58,458 nucleotides of DNA from Rhizobium sp. Q54 (GTDB lineage Bacteria > Pseudomonadota > Alphaproteobacteria > CADEGL01): assembly GCA_945860095.1 (NCBI GenBank), contig CAMAPP010000003.1, forward strand, positions 1 to 58,458, in the 5' to 3' direction. Under the pieces are notes generated by a model. It did no database searches, was not told the origin of the DNA, and saw only the letters and a program-made list of their open reading frames with translations. Positions 49,351-58,458 of this stretch are shown here, piece by piece. Made by a program: the position numbers and the translations under genes. Position 1 is the first letter of the stretch. Each line of letters begins with the position of its first letter.

Positions 49351-51276
49351 ATGAAACAGCACGCCTCCTTGCCCGACGATTCGGCGGCCCCGCCCGCGCC
49401 GCGCGCCGAACGCGAAGGCGGCCAGCGCCAGGCGCTGCGCGCACTCTTGCCCCATCTGTGGCCCAAGGGTTCGGTCGAGCTCAAGGCGCGCATCGTCGTG
49501 GCAGTCACTTGCCTCGTGCTCGCCAAGCTCGCGACCGTCTATGTCCCCCTGGTGTACAAGGGCGCGGTCGATGCCTTGACGCAGCCGGGCGGGCCGGCTT
49601 CGGCCGTGGTGCCCATGCTGGTCGTGCCGCTCGCGTTGCTCTTCGCCTACGGCCTTCTGCGCGTGACCTCGACCGCCTTCGGCGAATTGCGCGACGCGAT
49701 TTTCGCCAAGGTCGGCCAGCGGGCCGCGCGGCGAGTTGCGCTCGAGGTCTTCCGCCACCTGCACACCTTGGCCTTGGCGTTCCATCTCGACCGGCGCACG
49801 GGCGGGCTGTCGCGCGCCCTCGATCGGGGCACGAAGGGGGTGGAAACCCTCTTGTCCTTCCTGCTGTTCAACATCGTTCCGATGCTGGTCGAGATTCCGC
49901 TGGTCTGCGCGATTTTGTGGGCGCTTTACGACTGGCGCTTCGCGGCGGTTACCTTCCTCACCATCGGCGGCTACATCGTTTACACCTTGGCCGTGACCGA
50001 GTGGCGCATGAAGCACCGCCGGGCCATGAACGAAATGGACAACGAGGCGAACACCAAGATCGTCGACAGCCTGCTCAACTACGAAACGGTCAAGTATTTC
50101 GGCAACGAGGTCCACGAGGAACGCCGGCTCGATGCGGCGCTGTCGCGCTACGAGCGCGCGGCCGTGCTCACGCGCACCAGCCTTTCGGCCTTGAATCTGG
50201 GGCAGGCGACGATCATCGCCGTCGGCGTCACCTTCATCATGCTGATGGCGGCCCAGGGCGTGGTCGAAGGCGCCATGACGGTCGGGGATTTCGTGCTGGT
50301 GAACGCCTATCTGGTGCAACTCTACCTACCGCTCAATTTCCTCGGCGTGGCCTATCGCGAGATCAAGCAATCCCTGACCGATCTCGAGGTCCTGGCCGGA
50401 CTCAAGTCCTTGCGCGCGACGGTCGCGGACGCGCCCGGCGCGCCCGCGCTCGAGGTCGCGGGCGGGGAAATCGTCTTCGACCGCGTGACCTTCGGCTACG
50501 ACGAACGCCGGCCCATCCTCGACGGGGTGAATTTCACGGTTCCCGCCGGGCGCAAGCTCGCCATCGTGGGCGCGAGCGGCGCCGGAAAATCGACGGTCGG
50601 CCGGTTGTTGTTCCGCTTCTACGACGCGACCTCGGGTGCCATTCGCATCGATGGCCAGGACGTGCGCGCCCTCACCCAGGAATCGGTGCGCGCGGCCATC
50701 GGCGTCGTGCCGCAGGACACCGTGCTGTTCAACGACACGATCCATTACAACATCGCCTATGGCCGGCCCGATGCGTCGGCCGCGGAGATCGAGCAGGCGG
50801 CGCGCCTGGCGCGCATTCACGACTTCATCCTGGATTTGCCGGACGGCTATCGCACGCGCGTGGGCGAACGCGGCTTGAAGCTTTCGGGTGGCGAGAAGCA
50901 GCGGGTGGCGATCGCGCGCACGATTCTCAAGAATCCGCCCATCCTGCTGTTCGACGAGGCGACGTCCTCGCTCGATTCCGCGACCGAACGCGACATCCAG
51001 GAAAGCCTCAAGGCCATATCCTCCGATCGCACGACGATCGTGATCGCCCACCGGCTGTCCACGGTGGTCGATGCCGACGAGATCATCGTCATCGAGGACG
51101 GGCGGGTGGCCGAACGCGGCCGGCATGGCCCCTTGCTTCAGCAGGGCGGGCGCTACGCCGAGCTGTGGCGGCGCCAGCAAGAATCGACGCCCGAAACAGA
51201 CGCGCGAGACGCGAACGCGCCAAATCCGGAGCCGCCAAATCCGGCTAGGGCGCTGGCGGTCGAGCCGGCGCGATGA
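49351..51276 (+). CDS. ATM1/HMT1-type ABCB transporter
   Basis: FHLDRRTGGL, DSLLNYETVKYF, GASGAGKS, VGERGLKLSGGEKQR and FDEATSSLD motifs. Confidence 0.93.
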   Translation: MKQHASLPDDSAAPPAPRAEREGGQRQALRALLPHLWPKGSVELKARIVVAVTCLVLAKLATVYVPLVYKGAVDALTQPGGPASAVVPMLVVPLALLFAYGLLRVTSTAFGELRDAIFAKVGQRAARRVALEVFRHLHTLALAFHLDRRTGGLSRALDRGTKGVETLLSFLLFNIVPMLVEIPLVCAILWALYDWRFAAVTFLTIGGYIVYTLAVTEWRMKHRRAMNEMDNEANTKIVDSLLNYETVKYFGNEVHEERRLDAALSRYERAAVLTRTSLSALNLGQATIIAVGVTFIMLMAAQGVVEGAMTVGDFVLVNAYLVQLYLPLNFLGVAYREIKQSLTDLEVLAGLKSLRATVADAPGAPALEVAGGEIVFDRVTFGYDERRPILDGVNFTVPAGRKLAIVGASGAGKSTVGRLLFRFYDATSGAIRIDGQDVRALTQESVRAAIGVVPQDTVLFNDTIHYNIAYGRPDASAAEIEQAARLARIHDFILDLPDGYRTRVGERGLKLSGGEKQRVAIARTILKNPPILLFDEATSSLDSATERDIQESLKAISSDRTTIVIAHRLSTVVDADEIIVIEDGRVAERGRHGPLLQQGGRYAELWRRQQESTPETDARDANAPNPEPPNPARALAVEPAR

Positions 51277-51377
51277 TGCGCTCCGGCGCTGGGCGCGGTT
51301 TTGCGGCGCTGGTAGTCTCGGCCCATGATGGCTTGGTTCGCTAGCATGGCGTTCGGCGTTTTGCGCTTCCCGCTGCC

Positions 51378-52373
51378 ATGACCCGGCGGCCGAGCGGCCC
51401 GGCCCTGTCCGATGGCGTGGCGGCGGGCGATCGCCGGGCGCTTGCGCGCGCCATCACGCTCGTCGAATCGACGCGTGCCGATCATCGCGCCTTGGCCGAG
51501 GCGCTGCTCGCTCGCCTCATGGCGCGCACGGGACGCGCGCGGCGCATCGGTATCACGGGCGTGCCGGGGGTCGGGAAAAGCACCTTCATCGAGGCGTTCG
51601 GCCGGCACGCGATCGCGCGCGGCCACAAGGTCGCCGTGCTGGCCGTCGATCCATCCTCGCGGCGCGGCGGCGGCTCGATTCTCGGCGACAAGACGCGCAT
51701 GGAATTGCTCGCGCGCGAGCCCTCCGCTTTCATCCGCCCGTCGCCCGCGAGCGGCACGCTCGGCGGCGTCGCGCGGCGCACGCGCGAGGCCGGCCTCTTG
51801 TGCGAGGCGGCGGGTTTCGACGTCGTTATCGTCGAGACCGTCGGGGTCGGCCAGTCGGAAACCGCGGTCGCGGACATGGTCGATTTGTTCCTCTTGCTGT
51901 TGCAGCCGGGCGGGGGCGACGAATTGCAGGGCTTGAAGCGGGGCATCGTCGAGTTGGCCGATCTTCTGGTCGTGACCAAGGCGGACGGCGATTTCGTGCG
52001 CGCCGCCGGGCGCACCCTTGCCGATTTCAAAAAGGCGCTGACCTTGCTTCGGCCCGAATCGCCGCATTGGACGCCGCGCGTTCTTGCGTGCTCGGCCCTG
52101 ACGGGGGAGGGCATCGACGAAGTTTGGGCCGCGGTCGAGGACCATCGCGCGGCGATGGATAAGGCGGGCGGGCTCGCGCCGCGCCGCGCCGAGCAGGCGA
52201 GGCGCTGGCTGTGGAGCGAGATTTCCGACAGCTTGGTCGAGCGTCTGCGCGCCCACCCCGACGTCAAGGCGCGCCTGGCCGCGCTGGAAAAGGACGTGGC
52301 CGCCGGGCGGACCGCGCCGGGTGCGGCGGCGGGGGAATTGCTGCTTGCATTCCAAAAGGGCAAGCGAGGCTAG
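51378..52373 (+). CDS. meaB: Methylmalonyl-CoA mutase-associated GTPase
   Basis: [25 protein letters not shown] and [10 protein letters not shown] motifs. Confidence 0.95.
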   Translation: MTRRPSGPALSDGVAAGDRRALARAITLVESTRADHRALAEALLARLMARTGRARRIGITGVPGVGKSTFIEAFGRHAIARGHKVAVLAVDPSSRRGGGSILGDKTRMELLAREPSAFIRPSPASGTLGGVARRTREAGLLCEAAGFDVVIVETVGVGQSETAVADMVDLFLLLLQPGGGDELQGLKRGIVELADLLVVTKADGDFVRAAGRTLADFKKALTLLRPESPHWTPRVLACSALTGEGIDEVWAAVEDHRAAMDKAGGLAPRRAEQARRWLWSEISDSLVERLRAHPDVKARLAALEKDVAAGRTAPGAAAGELLLAFQKGKRG

Positions 52374-52460
52374 GTTCGGGCGGAAGACGGCGCGCGCGGC
52401 CCTTCTTGACGCCTTGGCGCGCCTGGCCTAGAAACCGCGCCTCACGACCGACCGCCCACG

Positions 52461-52557
52461 ACCAATATCTTCGGGGGGCCAATGCCCTGGGGCGCCGTCG
52501 CCTTAAGGCAATATCTCCTTAAGGTACCATCGCCTTGGGGGGCAATGCCTCGGGCGC
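52461..52557. repeat. Degenerate ~16-bp repeat, about 6 units, upstream of rpmB
   Basis: GCCAATGCCCTGGGGC / GCCGTCGCCTTAAGGC / AATATCTCCTTAAGGT / ACCATCGCCTTGGGGG / GCAATGCCTCGGGCGC. Confidence 0.55.
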
Positions 52558-52605
52558 GGCCGGTCGCGCGAATAGCTAGAAGCGGATTGCCAGAAGGAGA
52601 GCGCC

Positions 52606-52896
52606 ATGGCGCGTCGTTGCGCGATCACCGGCAAGGGTGTGCAGATGGGCAATAATGTCAGCCACGCGAACAATCGCACGCGGCGTTCCTTCCGTCCCAA
52701 TCTTCAGATCGCCTCGTTCCTGTCCGAGGCCTTGGGCGACACGGTGCGCCTGCGGCTTTCGACCAATGCGATCCGCACCATCGAGCATGCGGGCGGCTTC
52801 GATGCCTTTCTGCTGAAGACGGCCCCCGCCAAGCTGCCGGCGACGCTGCGCCGCATCCGCCAGCGCCTCGATAAGGCGCGCGCCAAGGCGGCCTAG
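52606..52896 (+). CDS. rpmB: 50S ribosomal protein L28
   Basis: [23 protein letters not shown] and FRPNLQ motifs. Confidence 0.97.
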   Translation: MARRCAITGKGVQMGNNVSHANNRTRRSFRPNLQIASFLSEALGDTVRLRLSTNAIRTIEHAGGFDAFLLKTAPAKLPATLRRIRQRLDKARAKAA

Positions 52897-52912
52897 TATC
52901 GGCCTCGCTTTG

Positions 52913-52933
52913 GGGACGGATTTCGCCCGTCCC
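52913..52933. terminator. Hairpin between convergent rpmB and phytase-like genes
   Basis: GGGACGG-ATTTCGC-CCGTCCC. Confidence 0.55.
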
Positions 52934-52951
52934 GGCTCCGGTTCCGGCCCG

Positions 52952-53959
52952 TCAGTCCGGAATGGCAAACAGCATCAGAATGGTCGACTGGACCGATAGA
53001 AAATTATCGTCCGAGATCAGATAGACGAGCGTCTCGCGCTCGCCCCGGCGCACGGCCAAGCCCTCGAAATTGTCGATCATCATGGGCGCTTCCAGCTCCG
53101 CGAGCGCCTCGCCGCGCAAGGTGGCGCCGGGCGCGATCTCGGCCTTGGGAACGCGCCGCAGACGCGCGCCGAAGCCCCCGATCATGTGGAACTTCCGTTC
53201 CAGCACCAGGACATCGCCGTTCGGCAGGGCTTTGGCGTCCGTCGGCCGGTAGGAGCCATGGACGGCGAAATACAAGCGCTGCCACAGCGTGCCGTCGCCG
53301 AGCCAGCCGATCAGGCGGTCGGGCGCATCGAACAGACCCTCGGAGATGGTCAGGAAGCGGCCATCCTCGAGTTCGGCGAAGGTTTCGAGGCCTTCATTGC
53401 TGGGCGCTTGGGCAAGGTCGGGCGGCGGGGCGAAGGCGCGGGGGGGCTTGGCGAAGGGTTGCTCGCTCGCCGGATAGCTCCAGATCCGATGGCGGCGCTC
53501 GAAGGTGACGATGGCGCTACCGTCGCGGCGAACGGTCAAGCTCTCCGCGTCGCGCTCGCTCGCGGCCTCGGACAGAGCCTTGCCGTCGAGCGTCGGCAAT
53601 CGCCCCATGCGCCCCTCGGTCAGCGCCGCGAGCCAGAAGCGCCGGTCGTAATGCAGCCGCGCCGCCAGCCAGTCGCCGTGATCGCTCACCGCCAGCAGGG
53701 CTTCGCCGTTCGCCGAGACGTGGAGCGCCGAAAATCCGCCGAACCGGCGATCGGCGCTGGTCAGCGACAGGGCGCCGCGAAAGACAAGCCCGCCCACGGA
53801 TACGCGCGGCATGTCGCCCCTTTCGAGCGGCACGGCGGTATAGTTCACGACAACCTGGTCCTCGGCCGCCGCGTGGCGCGCGCCCGGGCCGGTTGCCAGC
53901 AGCGCCGCGCCCGCAAGCGCGGCCAGCATCGTGCGGAATGCGCGCGCGATTTTCTGCAT
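52952..53959 (-). CDS. Esterase-like activity of phytase family protein
   Basis: Signal peptide; FGGFSAL, DAESL, NEGLE, DNFEGL and SDDNF motifs. Confidence 0.85.
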   Translation of the reverse strand: MQKIARAFRTMLAALAGAALLATGPGARHAAAEDQVVVNYTAVPLERGDMPRVSVGGLVFRGALSLTSADRRFGGFSALHVSANGEALLAVSDHGDWLAARLHYDRRFWLAALTEGRMGRLPTLDGKALSEAASERDAESLTVRRDGSAIVTFERRHRIWSYPASEQPFAKPPRAFAPPPDLAQAPSNEGLETFAELEDGRFLTISEGLFDAPDRLIGWLGDGTLWQRLYFAVHGSYRPTDAKALPNGDVLVLERKFHMIGGFGARLRRVPKAEIAPGATLRGEALAELEAPMMIDNFEGLAVRRGERETLVYLISDDNFLSVQSTILMLFAIPD

Positions 53960-54007
53960 GGCTGCGGAGTCTAGCAGATGCGCTCGCGCCCGAGCGGCGG
54001 CGGAACG

Positions 54008-54151
54008 TCACGGTTCGTGCGTCAGATATTTTGGGTCTTGCAAATGAAGCTGGTCGTCGGGACGAGAATTGGCCTCTCTCTCAGCCAATACCGCTGCGTG
54101 TCGCAAAACTTCCAGCCGGGCCCTATGCGCGGCGAGAAGGCGCGCGTTCAT
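54008..54151 (-). CDS. Small ORF, possibly a degenerate DUF465/YdcH-like protein
   Basis: RLEVLRHAAVLAEREANSRPDDQ resembles the DUF465 pattern but lacks the basic LKxxKLxxKD end. Confidence 0.3.
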   Translation of the reverse strand: MNARLLAAHRARLEVLRHAAVLAEREANSRPDDQLHLQDPKYLTHEP

Positions 54152-54235
54152 TTCATGCGTGCCGTAGCACAAATCGTCGAGCCATTTGGGGGTAGATATT
54201 GGCATCGCACAGGGGCAGCACCATGAGAAAATATA

Positions 54236-54250
54236 ACAACTTAAAGTTGT
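54236..54250. promoter_or_regulatory. AT-rich inverted repeat (possible operator)
   Basis: ACAACT-TAA-AGTTGT within an AT island. Confidence 0.4.
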
Positions 54251-54323
54251 ATTTTGAATTTAGACCCATGTCCAGCCCGGATGGGGCTCGGCGCGGAAAA
54301 TCTTCGTCGGACGGGGCGAGGCG

Positions 54324-56198
54324 TTAGCGCGCGGCGCGCCGTGGGCGCGCGGGGGCGGGCTGGTCTTCTTCGTCCTCGTCGAACAATGCGGCAAGCTGAT
54401 CCATGACCGCGCCGCCCAGCTGCTCGGCATCGGTGATCGTGATGGCGCGGCGGTAATAGCGCGTGACGTCGTGGCCGATGCCGATGGCGATGAGATTTAC
54501 GTCCGAGCGCGCTTCGATCCAGCGGATGACCTCGCGCAGGTGCCGCTCGAGGTAATTGCCCGGATTGACCGAGAGCGTCGAGTCGTCGACCGGCGCGCCG
54601 TCGGAAATGACCATCAGGATCTTGCGCTGTTCGGAGCGGCCGACCAGGCGGCCGTGTGCCCACAGCACGGCCTCGCCGTCGATGTTTTCCTTGAGAATGC
54701 CCTCGCGCAGCATGAGCGCGAGATTCTTGCGCGACCGGCGCCAGGGGGCATCGGCGCTTTTGTAAATGATGTGACGCAGATCGTTGAGCCGTCCGGGATT
54801 GGACTTCTTGCCGTCGGCCAGCCAGCGTTCGCGCGCCTGCCCGCCTTTCCAGGCGCGCGTGGTGAAGCCGAGGATTTCAACCTTGACCGCGCAGCGCTCG
54901 AGCGTGCGCGCCAGGATATCGGCGCACATGGCGGCGACCGTGATCGGGCGCCCGCGCATCGAACCCGAATTGTCGATCAGCAGCGACACCACGGTGTCGC
55001 GGAACCTCATTTCCTTTTCGCGTTTGTAGGTCAGCGCGAACGTAGGCTGAACGATCACGCGCGCCAGACGCGCCGCGTCCAGCATGCCTTCCTCGAGGTC
55101 GAATTCCCACGCGCGCTGTTGCTTGGCCATGAGGCGGCGCTGCAAGCGATTGGCCAGGCGCGAGATCACGCCCTGCAGGCTGGCCAATTGCTGGTCGAGA
55201 TGCACGCGTAGGCGTGCCAGCTCCTGCGCGTCGCACAGTTGGTCGGCCTCAACGGTCTCGTCGAATTCCTCGGTGTAGGGCTTGTACGGCGGCTCGCCCG
55301 GCGCGTTGCGCATCGACTGTTCGGGCCGGTAGGGCCGGCCCGGGCGCGCGGGCTCGTCGTCGCCCCCGCCCGGCATGAGTTCGGCGTCGGCATCTTCCTC
55401 GGCGCCCGATTCGCCCTCGGTGCCGTCCTCGGATTGGGCGTCCTGCTGGTCGCCGGACTGGTCGTCGCTGGTGCCCGAGCTTTCGCTGTCGGAGGCTTCG
55501 GAGTCCGCGTCGGCTTCGGCATCCTCGGCGTCCTGGGCGTCGATTTCGCTGTCCGTGCCGTCGCTTTCTTCCTCGCCGAGTTCCAAGTCGCGGATGATCC
55601 GGCGCGCGACATCGGCATAACGCGCCTGGTTCTCCATGTTCGCGGCCAGCGTGGTCATGTCTTGGCCCGCGCGCACCTCGAGTTCGCCGCGCCACAAATT
55701 GACCATGGCGCGGGCGGAGGCGGGCGGGCTCTCGCCGGTCATCGCCTCGCGCGCGAGCAGGCGCACGACCTCGGCCAGCGGCGCGTCCTCGCGCTCGTGC
55801 ACGCGCGCAAAACCCGCGCGCTTGCACCGCTCCTCGAGCGCCACGGCAAGGTTCTGCGCGCAGCCCGACATGCGCTTTGCGCCGAGGGCCTCGCAACGCG
55901 TCTGTTCGAGCGCCTCGTAGATCGCGCGGCCGATCGGGCCGCCGGGCCGCCGCCGGGCATAAAGCACCGGGTTGTGATGGCGGATGCGCAGCGCGATCGC
56001 GTCGGCCTCGCCGCGCACATGGCTGCGCTCTTCCAGGGCAAGCTCGCGCGAGGGCAGGGGAAGGCTGATCTCGGTGCCCTTGAGGCCGCTTTCCTCGGCG
56101 CCGAACTCGACGCTCAACTCGGCCTTGCGCGCGATCGCGCGCACGGTCGCGCCCGTCGTCCGGCGAAAGCGCTCGAACCTGTCTTCGGCAGCCGCCAC
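54324..56198 (-). CDS. cobT: Cobaltochelatase subunit CobT (vWA domain)
   Basis: Acidic linker; [21 protein letters not shown] and ISDGAPVDD motifs. Confidence 0.95.
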   Translation of the reverse strand: MAAAEDRFERFRRTTGATVRAIARKAELSVEFGAEESGLKGTEISLPLPSRELALEERSHVRGEADAIALRIRHHNPVLYARRRPGGPIGRAIYEALEQTRCEALGAKRMSGCAQNLAVALEERCKRAGFARVHEREDAPLAEVVRLLAREAMTGESPPASARAMVNLWRGELEVRAGQDMTTLAANMENQARYADVARRIIRDLELGEEESDGTDSEIDAQDAEDAEADADSEASDSESSGTSDDQSGDQQDAQSEDGTEGESGAEEDADAELMPGGGDDEPARPGRPYRPEQSMRNAPGEPPYKPYTEEFDETVEADQLCDAQELARLRVHLDQQLASLQGVISRLANRLQRRLMAKQQRAWEFDLEEGMLDAARLARVIVQPTFALTYKREKEMRFRDTVVSLLIDNSGSMRGRPITVAAMCADILARTLERCAVKVEILGFTTRAWKGGQARERWLADGKKSNPGRLNDLRHIIYKSADAPWRRSRKNLALMLREGILKENIDGEAVLWAHGRLVGRSEQRKILMVISDGAPVDDSTLSVNPGNYLERHLREVIRWIEARSDVNLIAIGIGHDVTRYYRRAITITDAEQLGGAVMDQLAALFDEDEEDQPAPARPRRAAR

Positions 56199-56208
56199 CG
56201 CGATTCCT

Positions 56209-57213
56209 CTAGGTCAGCGTCGCGCGTCCGGCCGCTTCGGGCAATTCGGTGCCGAAGCAACGCTGATAGTACTCCGCGACCGTGGCGCGCTCGACCTCGT
56301 CGCATTTGTTGACGAAGGTGACGCGGAAGGCGAACGCGATGTCGTGGAAGATATCGGTGTTCTGTGCCCAGGTGATGACCGTGCGGGGCGACATGACGGT
56401 GGACAAGTCGCCGTTGACGAAGCCGGCGCGCGTCAAGTCCGCGAGCGCGACCATTGCCTTGACCGTTTCGCGGCCCTGCGGCGTGTCGTAGCTCGGCACC
56501 TTGGCCAGAACGATCTTGCATTCCGCGTCGTGGGCCAGGTAGTTGAGCGTGGCGACGATGTTCCAGCGGTCCATCTGACCCTGGTTGATCTGTTGCGTGC
56601 CGTGATAGAGCCCCGTCGTGTCGCCCAGGCCCACCGTGTTCGAGGTCGAGAACAGGCGGAAATAGGGGTGGGGTCGGATCACCCGGTTCTGATCGAGCAG
56701 GGTGAATTTGCTCTCGAGCTCGAGCACGCGCTGGATGACGAACATCACGTCCGGCCGGCCGGCGTCGTATTCGTCGAAGCAGATCGCGCACGGCCGCTGT
56801 AGGGCCCAGGGCAGGATGCCCTCGCGGAACTCGGTCACCTGCTTGCCGTCCCTGAGGACGATCGCGTCGCGGCCGATGAGATCGATGCGGCTGATGTGGC
56901 TATCCAGATTGACCCGGATGCAGGGCCAGTTGAGGCGCGCCGCGACCTGCTCGACATGGGTCGATTTGCCGGTGCCGTGATAGCCCTGGATCATGACGCG
57001 CCGGTTGTGCGCGAAGCCCGCCAGAATGGCGAGCGTCGTGTCGCGGTCGAAGCGATAGGCGTCGTCGATGTCGGGGACGTACTCGTTATGCTTGCTGAAG
57101 CTCGGCACTTCCATGTCGATGTCGATGCCGAAGCTCTGGCGCACCGAGACGGTCATATCGGGCTTGTCGAGAAAAACAGCTTGGCCGTTGTCGTGCATCG
57201 CGTGGGCGGTCAT
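56209..57213 (-). CDS. cobS: Cobaltochelatase subunit CobS (AAA+)
   Basis: [21 protein letters not shown] and GQMDRW motifs. Confidence 0.96.
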   Translation of the reverse strand: MTAHAMHDNGQAVFLDKPDMTVSVRQSFGIDIDMEVPSFSKHNEYVPDIDDAYRFDRDTTLAILAGFAHNRRVMIQGYHGTGKSTHVEQVAARLNWPCIRVNLDSHISRIDLIGRDAIVLRDGKQVTEFREGILPWALQRPCAICFDEYDAGRPDVMFVIQRVLELESKFTLLDQNRVIRPHPYFRLFSTSNTVGLGDTTGLYHGTQQINQGQMDRWNIVATLNYLAHDAECKIVLAKVPSYDTPQGRETVKAMVALADLTRAGFVNGDLSTVMSPRTVITWAQNTDIFHDIAFAFRVTFVNKCDEVERATVAEYYQRCFGTELPEAAGRATLT

Positions 57214-57252
57214 GGCTGGATTGTCCGATTGTCCGGAGAGGGGAACGGTCGG

Positions 57253-57813
57253 CTAAGGTAGTGCGGCGGCCTTCAGAGTGGAATAGGCCTGATTGATTTC
57301 CTTGAGCCTTTCTTCGGCCGCGCGGTCGCCGCCATTGGCGTCGGGATGGTGGCGCTTTACCAGGGCCTTATAGCGGAGTTTTACCCTAGCCAGGGTCACC
57401 GGCGGCTCGACCTCCAAAAGCGCGAGGGCGTGCTCCTCGCTCGCCGAGAACCGCCGCCGGCGCGGCTCGGTCTCGACCGCCTCCTCCGCGCCCGCGAAAC
57501 GGAAGCTGTCATGGCCCTCGCCGACTTGCCAGGGCGACCGCCCGCCGAGCGGCCAGGTCGGCCGCTCCCACACCGTGTCGCGGCGGATTTGGGACTCGAT
57601 TTCGTCGATCGACATGCCCGCGAAATAGTCCCAGGTGAGATTGTATTGGCGGACATGGTCGAGGCAGAACATGTAATAATTGTTCAGGTCGGCTTTTGCG
57701 CGCGGGGCGCGGTAGATGCCTTCGGCCACGCAGCCGGGCGCATCGCAATGCTTGGGCTGCTCGTCCGAACCGAAGAGCCTCTGCCGCCAGCTTTTGCCGT
57801 TCCCGCGCGCCAT
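57253..57813 (-). CDS. J-domain protein with N-terminal Cys cluster
   Basis: CDAPGC and FCLDHV; KRHHPDANGG HPD motif. Confidence 0.92.
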   Translation of the reverse strand: MARGNGKSWRQRLFGSDEQPKHCDAPGCVAEGIYRAPRAKADLNNYYMFCLDHVRQYNLTWDYFAGMSIDEIESQIRRDTVWERPTWPLGGRSPWQVGEGHDSFRFAGAEEAVETEPRRRRFSASEEHALALLEVEPPVTLARVKLRYKALVKRHHPDANGGDRAAEERLKEINQAYSTLKAAALP

Positions 57814-57878
57814 GCGACCAAGTATGTCCGCCTCGGCCTCGGCGTGGCAAGATTTGCGAGCCTTAAGGAGCGAAAGCC

Positions 57879-58151
57879 ATGACCGTCGCCCAAACCATGC
57901 GACGCAAGCTCGAAGCCGAGTTTGCGCCGCTCGAGCTTACGATCACCGACGAATCGCACCGCCATGCCGGCCATGCGGGCGCGCGCGCGGGCGGTGAAAG
58001 CCATTTTCATGTCGCTATGGTGGCCCCGGTTTTTGCCGGCCTTGGCCGCGTCGAGCGCCAGCGGCGTGTGCATGCGGCGCTGGCCGAGGAACTCGCGGGC
58101 CCCGTCCATGCCCTGGCCTTGGCCCTGCGCGCGCCCGGTGAAGGGCAATAA
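57879..58151 (+). CDS. bolA: BolA-family protein
   Basis: DESHRHAGH, ESHFHV and RVERQRRV motifs. Confidence 0.93.
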   Translation: MTVAQTMRRKLEAEFAPLELTITDESHRHAGHAGARAGGESHFHVAMVAPVFAGLGRVERQRRVHAALAEELAGPVHALALALRAPGEGQ

Positions 58152-58291
58152 ACCTAAACCCTGGCGCCAGATGGGAATTAGACACAGCCGGAAAAGGGAT
58201 AGCCGTCGCAAAAATACAATTATAGGTAGTAATTAATATTGCTGTACACGCAAAAATGTTCCATCTTCCACCCTCCAGCGGAGGGGGCGTC

Positions 58292-58458
58292 ATGACGAGC
58301 GCTTTGGTTTCGCGAAATATCACCGTTTCGGGCCGGCGCACCAGCATGCGCCTCGAGCCGGCCATGTGGGACGCGCTCGAGGATATCTGCCGGCGCGAGC
58401 GTTGCCGGCTGGCCGAGCTTTGCTCGGCCGTGGATTCGCACCGCGGCGCGTCGTCGCT
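58292..58458 (+). CDS. Ribbon-helix-helix (RHH_4-type) protein, 3' truncated by the window
   Basis: MTSALVSRNITVSGRRTSMRLEPAMWDALEDICRRE; GGAGG RBS; missing from the supplied ORF track. Confidence 0.85.
   Translation, partial: MTSALVSRNITVSGRRTSMRLEPAMWDALEDICRRERCRLAELCSAVDSHRGASS

Noticed and set aside
49351-51276. Atm1 as a dedicated B12 or cobalt transporter
   Set aside because: Only proximity to scpA, meaB and cobST supports this; the sequence looks like an ordinary Atm1/HMT1 exporter.

Overview
High-GC alphaproteobacterial chromosome segment (Rhodospirillales-like gene content, class I lysS). It holds about 48 intact or near-intact CDS, one tRNA-Gly(CCC) and a SAM-II riboswitch. I found no CRISPR array, prophage or intact transposase. 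The backbone is housekeeping: argE-folE-apaG-metZ, a Zur-boxed zinc ABC operon, a Liv-type ABC operon, purE-purK, a hybrid histidine kinase, zur, comDE-like TPP decarboxylase, psuG, phoX, ctaA, cysD, DinG-like helicase, lysS, pyrD, scpA...meaB, rpmB and bolA-J-cobS-cobT. The most notable items are: (1) an uncharacterised protein resembling the McbB/cucumopine-synthase (Pictet-Spenglerase) fold, divergent from a TPP decarboxylase-psuG unit; (2) a single-chain triple-RidA protein with no catalytic Arg; (3) a Zur-boxed His-rich (GHPG[PQ])n membrane peptide heading the zinc operon; (4) a pervasive set of 12-33 bp tandem duplications, several sharing an ATC(C)GG core; (5) a TipN/GPR-like polar scaffold inside the scpA-meaB run, with a TipF-like EAL protein under a CtrA-like box nearby; (6) divergent ctaA and cysD sharing one CATG for both start codons; (7) an IS630-derived miniature element inserted in the TA of a stop codon. 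All family calls come from motif recognition by eye; no database search was run.
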